Positions 50,310 through 61,900 of a stretch of DNA of 64,000 nt are shown here, in pieces (position 1 is the first letter of the stretch; every line of letters starts with the position of its first letter). The stretch covers positions 17,484,001 through 17,548,000 of the forward strand of contig OZ281500.1 in NCBI GenBank assembly GCA_965637545.1. Reading direction: 5' to 3'. A model generated the notes under the pieces. It was not told the DNA's origin. It ran no database searches and was given only the letters and a program-made list of their open reading frames with translations. The position numbers were made by a program, and so were the translations under genes. Source of the stretch: Phallusia mammillata. Lineage: Eukaryota.

Positions 50310-53300
50310 ATGTCACATTTGTGCATTGAAAGCCAACTTCTCAGCAAAGAACGGCAAAATGTGACATTTCTTATTGAAGAACTGACAAATATATGGGATG
50401 GTGGAAAAGAAGAAACCATGATAAGAAGAAGAGTTGGTAAGTTTTAATTGAAACAGTTTTGTTATTTAACGAATCTCCCGCAGACAGTAAAATGTATAAA
50501 AGAAATAATTTATGCTTATTATCTGTTTTTATAAAACAGTCCAATATTATTATTAAGTTTTAATTGCATGTAATTTTCATAGCATTTGGTAGTAATTTGG
50601 CAATTTTATAGGGTTTGTTTTATTGTCAGATTTGTTTCAATTGCCTTTATTCAGAAAAACTATTTGCTGATGATCCTGAGTTGAAGAGTCCGCCATTGTG
50701 CACAATGACAAGAGATGAAGAATTTACGGAGGCTACCAGAAAATCTGCTTACATTTATCGACATTTCATTCCTAAGCATAAACTTTACCCTTCATCTAGA
50801 GAATCTAAACACTTAACGAGGTTTAAACATGCAAACTTGAATCAATATTTATGTTGTTATCAGTGTTTTGTTTAGAGCACAACCATTGGCAACAAACCTT
50901 TTCATTCACATGGGTGTGTTTGTTTATTGCATAAAAACTATGGGTTCTGATAAGCAAGTTGCAAAGTGGTTACAACTAGCCAAAAATCTTAACATAATTG
51001 GAACATATGCACAGACTGAACTGGGTCATGGTAGGTTTTGCAATGTTGCACAAACTGAATGGTCCTGTTTATGCTTATTATTCTGGTAGGTTCATTTTTA
51101 CGAGGCCTCGAAACTCAGGCTACCTATGACAGAACAACTCAAGAGTTTGTTATCAACTGTCCTCAACTTTCTTCTATGAAGTGGTGGCCTGGAGACTGTA
51201 TGTTCAGTGTATTCCACTTGTTTGTGAAATAATAGAATATTGTCTCACTTAAACAACAATATACGTATTTTAGTGGGCGTAAATGCCAATCATGCATTGG
51301 TGATGGCAAACTTGATAATTGATAATAAAAAATATGGAATGCATGCATTTATTGTTCAAATAAGAGATCTATCCACCCACAAGCCATTGCCAGGTAGGAC
51401 AAAATATTATCTAGCATTGTGTCAAAAAAAACTTTATTACTTTGTATTTTGTCAACAGGTGTATCTGTTGGTGATATAGGAAACAAATTTGGACTTGGAA
51501 GCACTGACAATGGATTCCTCTACTTAAAGAATGTGAGAATACCACTGGAAAACCTTTTGAACAAAAATGCAGAGGTAAGTGAATTGTTTTCAGGTTATTT
51601 TTGGAATCGTCTTGTACAACATATGTTGGGTAGCTGGTTTGAGGCAGTTTGATCAAGGCATAACTAGCTATTATTTATTAACCTGCCTAAAGCAAACTAA
51701 CTGAAGTCCGTACAAACAAAAATTGTCTCATTATTTCAAAATTCTTAAATAAACACCAAGACTGCTGACCTGATTTTATGCACAAAATACAACACTAACA
51801 TTTACATGGTATTCTAGGTAAAGCCTGATGGAACATATTTAAAGAAAGCTAGTGACCGCCTCGTGTACGGATCAATGGTTAACCTACGCGTCTCAATACC
51901 AAAACAATGCACTGACGTACTTGCAAAAGCCTGCACAATTGCAATTCGTTATTCAGGAGTTCGGAGACAAGGCCTGTTAAAACCGGAGTAAGTTTTTTGT
52001 CCACCTATAAATGATGGTTAAATATTGTAGAAGCAAATACTATGTTCTTGTAGTGGTGCTGAGGTACCTATATTAGACTATACCCTACAACAACACAAAC
52101 TTATTCCACAACTGGCTACAGTTTACGCTACAAACTTTGCTGGGCTTCAAATTCAGAAAAAATATGAAGTTTTTCTGCAAAACTTGTCCAATGATGATAT
52201 ATCTGACTTAGCTGAGGTAAATTAAAGTTGCAACATTACAATAAAAAAAAGTTTTTTATGTGAATTTTAAACCATAATAAAACAAATAAACACAATTTCA
52301 TGTGAGTTTTAAACCATTATAAAACAGCATTACAGCACATTTACATTTTAAGTAATACCTTGTACAGTAAACAACATAAACTTTCAAAATATATTTTAGC
52401 TTCATGCACTGTCTGCTAGTTTTAAGGCAAGTGTTTCAGAACAAGGCACAGAAGGTGTCGAAGTGTGTAGAAGAGCCTGTGGAGGACATGGGTATTCACA
52501 GGTCTGTTAGGAACCTAACAAATTGGATTGTGTTAATCTGCAAAACAAGTTTTCATTTTTACTATACCTTGTTACAGGCAAGTGGTCTGCCTAGTTTATT
52601 GGCAAGAGTAACACCTGCTTGTACATACGAGGGTGAAAACACTGTTCTCTATTTGCAAACAGCAAGGTATGAAACTGTTTGTTATTTTAAACAAGAACTC
52701 TTTTTTAAATTAAAGAGTTTGGAAACATTAAAATGTAAATAAATAGGTGCAACTGAATTTTGCTTTCAGTTTGCTTTCAAAGGATAATAGTAAACTTATT
52801 AAAACAGATTTTTGATGAAATGTGCAAGTAAGAAAGCAAAGGATCTCCCTAAATCAGTAACATTTTTGGTGCAACCAACTCAAATGATGAATATCAACAA
52901 TGTTACATCTTTGGATTTTATTGTACATTGTTTCAAAAGCAGGTATGATTCACCAGTCACCATCCTGAAAAGGACATATTTTGCTTTTTCTCATACAGCT
53001 TTTGCAGACATTTTTAAAATGTTTGGTAAATTTGAACGAAACTCTCACAGCTTAAACAATTACACTCCACACAAACAGTCCCAAAAATATAAGTAATACA
53101 CTGTGCCAATGTAAATGGAACGACAATATAATATAATTTACCCCACTCTTATAAATAATGTGTCAATTATGCAGATCTTAATTAAAAACTTTGTCTTTTA
53201 GGGCCACTATTTGTGTGCAAGCAGCTGCAAAAAGGTTACAACAAACAATGGGTCAAGGAGTTGAAATTAATGAGGCATGGAACAAAAATGCAGTGGAACT

Positions 53301-54812
53301 CGTAAAAGCTGCCAAGGTAGTAAGAGTAAAACACACCTTTACCATGGTTTATGAGGCTAAACACACACTATTATATAGGCATATGTGATGCAATTTATTG
53401 TTGATGGCTTTACAACATTTGTGAAAGGACTAAAATGCTCAAAACCTACAAAGAAAATTTTTGAGGATTTGTGTTCCTTATATGGTTTGCATTTTATCAA
53501 CAATAACAGTGGTGACTTTTTGAAGGTAAGACTATTCGAATGGAATGCAACAAATTAAAAAAATGTTTAAAGCTAAAAGTTTTTATGTATGAAAGAATTG
53601 GGATAACCAAATTCTATTTCTGGAGGCTATAATTACAGGTCCCCTTTCCTGAAGACGACTCATATTGATTTTGTTCGTACTACATGTTTAAATTTACACA
53701 CATGTTAGTTATCCAAAGTTGATCCTCCTAAAGTTAACCATTGAATGACCCAGAGGTTCACCCACAGGCACAGGTCAAATGGTTACCTTTACAGCCCCGA
53801 ATAAGTGAATGTTTGTTAAGGTTTTATACCTTAGACGGGATTTAAACTCGATAGATAGTACATCGCTTTGTAATATGCCAGGCAAAACAATGTTTCTTAA
53901 CATTAAGGTAAAAAAACTTTGAAGTTTGGGTTGATTGCCTTGTACTAATTTGTCCTTAAGTAACTCATTCCCATAAACACTTGTGTGGGGACCCATTCGT
54001 TTTTGCTTGCTAAAACAATCATTTGTGTAGGTCAAACAGTGAGTATAGCAAATCGGTAAATTGAATATAGAATATATAAACATATAGGAAAGCCAACTTT
54101 CTTGTTATATTTATGTGTAGGTACATCTTATTTGGTTTAAAATATAACTGACTTATCTCAACTAACCTCATAAATTATTTTATGTGACAAAATGTGTAAA
54201 GAAATTAGGTAGTTTAGCATGTACAGGTTTTTTTCAGCTGGGTATTATTACTGCCCATCACTGCAATTTGGCAGAAGAAGCAGAAATTGAATTGCTGGGA
54301 AAACTGCGACCAAATGCAGTGGGAATAGTGGATGCATTTGATTTTTCTGATTTCTCACTTGATTCTTGTCTGGGTGCTTATGATGGAAATGTGTATGAAA
54401 GATTATTTGACATGGCAAAGCTGTCTCCACTCAACAAAGAACAAGTATTCAAAATTATTGAGTTAATTATTAGATGCACTGAGGGAATGTTTTTTAACAT
54501 GGTTCACACACTGGGCCCAAAAAAAGTCGTCTTAAAATCTGCCTGACTGAAAAATGTTACAGAACAATCTGGTCAATTGCGCGTCCAATTTGCCAAGCAT
54601 TTAATGCAATTATCCAGAACATGCAAATAATGAAATTGGGATTTAATTGCCATTAATTAGTATGCGATTAACAGGATTTATACATACAACTTACAGTAAA
54701 TGGTCAGCTAATGCTTTTGTTGCTGTAGGTTCACCAGGCAAGCTACAAGTATCTGAGGCCTTATCTACTGGAAGGAAGAGATATTTTGGAAGGATCAAAG
54801 TCCAAACTGTAG
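50310..54812 (+). CDS. ACOX1: Peroxisomal acyl-CoA oxidase 1-like, copy A, 667 aa
   Basis: 15 exons: 50310-50436, 50655-50820, 50876-51030, 51090-51197, 51274-51393, 51459-51574, 51818-51987, 52054-52216, 52400-52501, 52578-52666, 52808-52942, 53202-53316, 53379-53525, 54238-54444 and 54729-54812 (2004 nt). Motifs [35 protein letters not shown] (catalytic Glu) and [10 protein letters not shown] are present, with a C-terminal PTS1 SKL. Confidence 0.93.
53633..54106 (+). mobile_element. Helentron/DINE-like non-autonomous element, short degenerate copy (ACOX-A intron 13)
   Basis: 5' end TTACAGGTCCCCTTTCCTGAAGACGACTCATATTG, one remnant of the 157-bp unit (~53745-53771), 3' subTIR GGGGACCCAT (53987-53996), and ~110 bp of downstream homology with the 58783-60401 copy. 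Confidence 0.6.
54560..54683. mobile_element. Third, degenerate copy of the TA-flanked MITE family (ACOX-A intron 14)
   Basis: TA|CAGAACAATCTGGTCAATTGCG, internal ATTTGCCAAGCATTTAATGCAATTA and right-hand TATGCGATTAACAGGATT all parallel the 41128 copy. Confidence 0.5.
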
Positions 54813-55926
54813 ACAAGTGTTATTTGCTGAGTAACACTAGTTGGTATATATACTAACTACCTGTGTCCATACTATGTATATTCAAGTTTTTTTGTGCTTT
54901 TAGTGCATTTTTGAATCGCTTTGGTTCTGAGCTGTCAGTAAAAAAATTGTGTGATTTTGCATGACAACTGGTCTTAAAAAATGTAATGATTATTTAATAT
55001 ATTTTTTATTATCTTAATTTATTTGTGCAATGTGTTTCTTGTAATAAAATCATTGAAGTGATTTGTCTGGTATGTTAAGTAATCCAAAAATGAGATCATT
55101 AAATGATTTGAAAAGGTCTTGAGGAAACAGTAAATCATGGTGATTTTCGTGCACCCAATTTCCACTATTCAGAATAACATTTTTTCTTTCTATAATGTAA
55201 GCTTAAAAGCTAGATGATGGACTGCAATTTAAAATGCTACTAGAAAACATTCTGTTCATGGCTATAAAATGGTTTAGATTGTTATAGAAGTAGATCTGGA
55301 CAAATATGAAAGTACACAAAAACTGCCCAGAAGATATAAATTCATTTTCTCTATTTGTGGTAGTTCTGTACGAATCATATTGGTTGCCAACTACCAAGTG
55401 ACCAATCCCACGTAAGATTTTAGGTGTTGCAAAAAAAACGTTTTCAGTGATAAAAACGACTTGTTCTCATAAGTGCGCAAAAATGTTTTCAAATTTATTT
55501 AATGTTTTCTGTCCCCAAATAAAACATATCCCTTGCTTTTTGTTTTTAAGTAACGTATAAGTAATCTATGGCAGTAGTCCAACAGAGGTCAGTGGCACAC
55601 GCATAACCAGTCATGCGTAGCGTTTTAATCAAGCGTGTTCTTGTTTACGTTTCTGAGAAACTAATGTTTAACTTTGCAGTCAAAGTCCACGGAAGAGAGA
55701 TGAATTGTAAATTTTGCCACTGTACTGCAGTAAATTTCTATTTATTTGGAGATATGCCACAATTAATGGACTTCGTAAATGGACAAGATGAAAATGCGTT
55801 TCTTAGACAATAAAACATTTCATGCTTAAAATTTAAGACTGAAACCAATGGGCAAATTCAAAAAGGTTTTTAAAAATACTACAACTGTTTTGGAATATTT
55901 TAGGTTGTGGTTTTGTTGGTAGAATC

Positions 55927-58900
55927 ATGTCTATTGAAAGTAATCTTTTAAAGAAAGAACGTCAAAATGTAACATTTTCTGTGGAAGAACTTACAAATGT
56001 TTGGGATGGGGGGAAAGAAGACACAGAAATTAGAAGAAAAGTTGGTTAGTTGATTAGTGCAAAACCTAGCGATTTTTAGTTTATAAGTTAAAACACCTAA
56101 TTAGTATTAGTCACGTTTTAGTTTAGTTACATTGCAATGTAGTTAAATTCAATATTTACACAGTTTCTTTACATTTTACTGATTTTAGTAAAGGTGTTTG
56201 GAGATGATCCTGTGTTGAAGAGTCCACCAATTTGTACAATGACCAGGGAAGAAAGATACACAGAAGCTACAAGAAAATGTGTCTACATTTTTCGAAATAT
56301 GCTTCAAAAAAATGGCATCTATCCTGGATCCAAAGAATTTGAACATTTTTGGAAGTACATGCATTATTTTTGATTTATTTGACTAATTACTGGATAACAG
56401 AATGACAGTTAAATGAGTTCAAATAACTGAGGAAGCACTGTACTGAGTGTAGAATGGAAAAAAAAAACTTATCTACAAAAGTTTACTTTACCTCCAATTA
56501 GACCCCCATCATGTGTATTGTCGTTGTTCACCAAAGATCGTTTATTTTTTAATTTACTTTTATGATGTTTTAGTGCAATGCCAATCGAGTATACATTGTT
56601 GATTCACATGGGCGCCTTCATTCCATGCATAATGAGCTTCGGTTCTGAAGAACAAGTTGCCAAGTGGTTGCCACTATCTGCAAACTTGAATATCATCTGT
56701 ACATATGCACAAACTGAACTTGGTCATGGTAGGTGTTACTTCATAAGTCGGTATACAAAATTATGTCTGAAAATACGAAAAAAAAGAAGTAGTCAATCAA
56801 GCTGGGAAGTAGAGCCCAATATATATCGCAATAATACTTTTGCAAAATAACAATTAAAAAACAGAAATGTTTTTGAATTTCATACCATTTACATTCACTA
56901 ACAATTATTGTAAAAATGGTAGTGGAATTCAAAATGTTCAATGTTTAGGTTCCTTTTTGAGAGGGCTTGAAACAGAAGCAACCTTTGACAGAGAGACACA
57001 AGAATTTGTGATAAACTGCCCTAAAGTTTCATCTATGAAATGGTGGCCTGGTGACAGTAAGTTTGAAAGCATGCAAACAGCATTTGTTCTATTGTTTTAA
57101 CTGAGGCTTAAAAACTATATACCATAAAGCAGTGTTTCCCAACCTATGGGTCGCAACCCAAAGTTGGGTCGCCTATAAATTCTGTTGGGTCGCCAGTTTT
57201 TGTGAAAATTAGAGCATCTACGTTTCGTAGTGTTATTTTGTTGTTTCCCAAGGCTATGAATTGTTTTCCAATAACAATTTCATGACTATTTGGCGTGATA
57301 GTGAATTATTCTGTTTGTGACGACATAATGTTTGTGTGAGATCACTATTAAGCGTTGTCTGACTCATAATGCGTTGAACCAGCTCTAAAGTTGGCGGAAA
57401 AACGAAAAATTTTTGTTTGATTTGTTTTTTATTTTTCAAACTAGCGTAGTAATTTTCGAAAAACTTTCCTGATTTACGAACAAAAATACAACCCAAATAG
57501 TATATCCATGGGGCGCGAGAAGCCACAAAACAAAATTTTGGTAAGTATTTGGGTCGCGACAAAAAAAGGTTGGGAACCACTGCCATAAAGCACTCTCAAT
57601 TGTAACAAAACAGTTTTGAATTGAAGTGGGTCTAAATGCTAATCATGCCTTGGTGATGGCCAACCTGATTATTGATGGAAAGAAGTATGGAATGCACCCA
57701 TTCATGGTTCAAATAAGAGATTTATCTACTCACATGCCATTGCCAGGTAATAAAACAAACATTGATAACAAGTTAATAACACTGTATTTGGACACTGTAA
57801 CCATAGATTCATTACCAGGGGTTAATTTGACCATTAGTAATTGGTGAGGGAGTATATGAAAGAAAAACATTCAGAACGTTTTTCATGAACTATCTTTATG
57901 CAGGTGTTACTGTTGGTGACATTGGAAGCAAAATGGGTTTTGAGGCAATTGACAATGGATTTCTTTACATGAAGAATGTCAGAATACCCAGAGAAAATCT
58001 TTTGAACAAAAATTCAGAGGTAACCAATTTATTTATATTTTCAAAAAAATATTAAACAAAACTTGCAACATACAGCGGGTTTAGATGATTTTGTGTACTT
58101 TTATGGCCAGCTATAAACTGTGCTAGATTGAAGTCCACTTAAAATATAAGTGTAATTTTAATTTTACTATTTTAAAATCAGTAAACACCTACAAATTATT
58201 ATTTTATACCCAGTAATACGTTTCACAAATGCACCATAACTTACATGTGTAAAATTTGTACAAACTTAAAAAAACATTAATAACTAAAACTTGGATACTC
58301 AACAATTTGTTTTGTATTATCTTTTAACTTTTTAAGTATTTACAAATATATATTCAAACATGTGCCCTATTTAGTAATAAATTAACCAAGCTTTCAGGTA
58401 AAGCCTGATGGAACATATGTAAAGAAAGCCAGTGACCGCCTTATGTATGGATCAATGGTTAACTTGAGAGTAAATCTTCCAAAGTCACAAGCCATTGATG
58501 TGCTTGCAAAAGCATGTACAATAGCAATTCGATATTCTGCAGTACGAAGACAAGGCCTTCTTAATCCAGGGTGGGTATCTAGCAGAAAACAAGTTTAAAA
58601 ATATTATGATAACCTGTTATCTTACAAAAATGCATTGATATTATAAATATTTAACAATGTGCCCAACATTTCTACTAATTCATATCTTTTTAACCTGTGT
58701 TTCTCTAATTTGTATGACAACAATAATTTTTGTCTTTAATGTCCTAAAATGTTAAACTCCCATTCCGACATGTAACAAGGTATTTATGGGTCCCCTTCCA
58801 TGAAGGGGACACATATTGTTTTTGTCTATATTTTTTTTTTCTTTTTTTCTTTTTTCTTTTTTTCTTTCTAACGCAGATTTGTTCCCACGTTTTGGTCAAC

Positions 58901-61900
58901 AAAGAATGGTTCAAACTTTTTCAAATTTACACACATTACAGATATTGGTCTAAAGATGGTCCATGTGAATTTTGACCCCGTTTGATCCCTCGGTTCACCC
59001 ACAGCCCCCCAAAACGTGAAATTTTTAGCGCGGATTTGTTCCCACGTTTTGGTCAAGAAAGAATGGTTCAAAGTTTTTCAAATTGACACACATAATAGGT
59101 ATTGGTCTAAAGATGGTCCATGTGAATTTTGACCCCGTTTGATCCCTCGGTTCACCCACAGCACCCCAAAACGTGAAATTTTTAGCGCGGCTATTGTTCC
59201 CACGTTTTGGTCAAGAAAGAATGGTTCAAACTTTTTCAATTTTACACACATTACAGATATTGGTCTAAAGATGGTCCATGTGAATTTTGACCCCGTATGA
59301 CCCAGAGATTCACCCACAGGCCCCCGAAACGTAAATGTGTCTAACGCTCGTTTGGTCAAGAAAGACACTGTAGGCAGAAGTACCAAGAGAGTAACTCACT
59401 GGTTTACGATAGCGGGAGGGCTCAGCTTGACGTCGGACAGACGTTTTACGAGACATCGTTTCAGTGATTAGAAATCAGCTGTTTTGCACAGCAATGCTAT
59501 GTCGTTTTATTAAGTTATCACTCACATTTTTAGTTTTGGCGAAGGTTTTACACCTATGACGTGATTTAAGCCTAATAACCGTGCTTCGGTTTTGTATATG
59601 TCAAGAAAAACTTTGTTAATAAAAGTTAAGATGAAAAAATTAACTTGACTTTTTTGCCAAATAAATGTTTTTTTAAATGCTCGCTGTCAGGTTGGCCGCC
59701 GCATGATCACGGGTTACTTAAGGTCAACTTGTCGGTATTACAAACACAGCTCAGAACTTTCTTCATAACGTAGCGTTTTTTTAACAATCAATTTAGGAGT
59801 CAATACTCAAGGCATGTATAAATTAGGCTTAACAGTATTGTTGAACACGAATGACGGCGTGCTATTGAAAACGGTGTCAAAAGGTCAAACAGTCGTTTGG
59901 CGTGTGCACCCTGGGAGGTTACTACAGGTCAATGGTACTCATTTTGCGAAACAAAGTTATATGAAAAACAATTTGTTATGTATACACTTGTAGCAAATTG
60001 CTTTTTAATTTAAAGTGTCTGTAACACAACTGTTACAGCTTTCTCAAAAAAATTGCCCGACCTTGGAGGACTATATCTGGGTTAAAGCAAGAGATTAGAT
60101 TTAAGTCTTTGTTACGTTTTTTTAATGTTTTTGTAATTACATGACAATAATAGTGCAAAAAGAATACGAACAATTTTTTTTATTGTTGGGTTAATGCTTT
60201 CTAAAAATTTGTCCTTAAGAATGTAAAAATCACCGCAACATTTGTTTACCGTAAATCCGCACAAACATGCGTGTGGGGACCCATTAGTTTTTGTTTACAA
60301 AAACAATCATATGTGTAGATCAAATGATGTGTATAGTAAATTGGTAAATATCGTATAGAATATATAAAATGGAAGTATATCAGAAAGCCACTCTTCTAGT
60401 TTTATGTGTAATAAAGGGTTTCTGCAACAAACCAGTCAGTCATTTTAGGGTAGAAACTGAAAAGTTTTGATTGTCTGCTACTTGTTTGCATACAAACGAT
60501 AAAAAATTATACCAATTTAATTAAAAGGAAGAAAATTATCTATTATTCGAAATGGTGTAAAACATCAACTTTTGCATCACTAAAACGCTTCATAAACATA
60601 AATTTAATGGACCTATAAAAATAAAATGATACTTGCAATGCAAGCCCACATGGCCACAACCCACACTTTAATGGATGCAAAGACAAAAGTACCTTGCCTA
60701 CACGGAACAGTTAAAAAAGACGTTTCTAAATTTACGTTCTAAGCAATCTGTACCTAATCAATGTCTGGATTTTGGTATTAATGTGTTAATCTCTGGCATC
60801 TAGGAAGAGTGTTTATTAGGCACTTGCCCGCGGCGTAAGTTAACAATTTTTTTTTCGCCCAAAACAGAAATATTGGACCACAATGCACTATACCAGGGGT
60901 GGCCAAACTGTGAATCTTTGAGTCTTTGATTGCGGCTCTTTAATGTTGAACATGCATTTCCCAACCTTCCCGAGTTGTTTAACCTGATTATAAAACAATG
61001 CATTCTATCACGTATTAACAATAGACTGACTGTAATAACCAATGTACATTCCGAAAAATGAAAAGAACATTATTGTACAGAAGCGTGCTAGCTTGTGCAT
61101 TGTAGTCAAATATATTGTCAGATTGAAGCTGTAAGTCAGGGCTGACATTAAAAGCATTTTACATTTGTATTTCTGCTTATACTAGCAATGTATAACTGCA
61201 AAGTTTAGCCCAAAAAATGTTGTTGAGAAATAATTGCAAAAAAGTAAGATAAACAGGAAAATATAACTTTTAAAACAGAATGGGAGGAGTTTCCATTCAT
61301 TGATAATGGAGGTAAACCTTTATGTCTTATCTGTCAAGTTCGCTCAATAATTACAAAACTAGTAACTTGAAACGTCATTACGAAGCTAAACACAAAAACA
61401 GCCTAATTTCAAAAACCTTGCAGCCCAGCTGGAGACTCCAGTATCACCACACAACAACAAATCATTATTTAAAAGCCTACACTTAATTGTGAGTGAATAA
61501 ATTCGTTTTTGATTTTTTGTGTTGCGGCTCTTTTGAAACGAAGTTTTGTGATATGCGGCTGCACTATACTGAAGAGCAAAAACAATTTTTAGATATAACA
61601 TCTTGTTTTTACAGTGGCGCCGAAGTAGCAGTACTGGACTATACCCTTCAACAACACAAACTTATTCCACAGCTGGCCACAGTTTATGCAACAAAATTTG
61701 CTGGAGAAGGAATAATAAAGAAACATCAAGCCTTTTTACAGAACATGGCCAAAGGGAACATTTCAGATTTGGCTGAGGTAAAATAAATTAAAAACAAAGA
61801 TTCCTGCAAAATTCAATTTAAATGTATTAGAACTGTCATGACAGTAAATTATGCTACAAAGCAAATTCTTACAAAACTGAAATTAATTGTTATTTCAAAC

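Noticed and set aside
55580-55600. PPAR response element upstream of ACOX-B
   Set aside because: Only a single AGGTCA half-site, with no DR1 partner.
58876-59346. CRISPR-like or coding repeat (ORFs 58868-59071 and 59078-59386)
   Set aside because: The units are contiguous 157-bp repeats without unique spacers in a eukaryotic intron, and the ORFs are by-products of the repeat.
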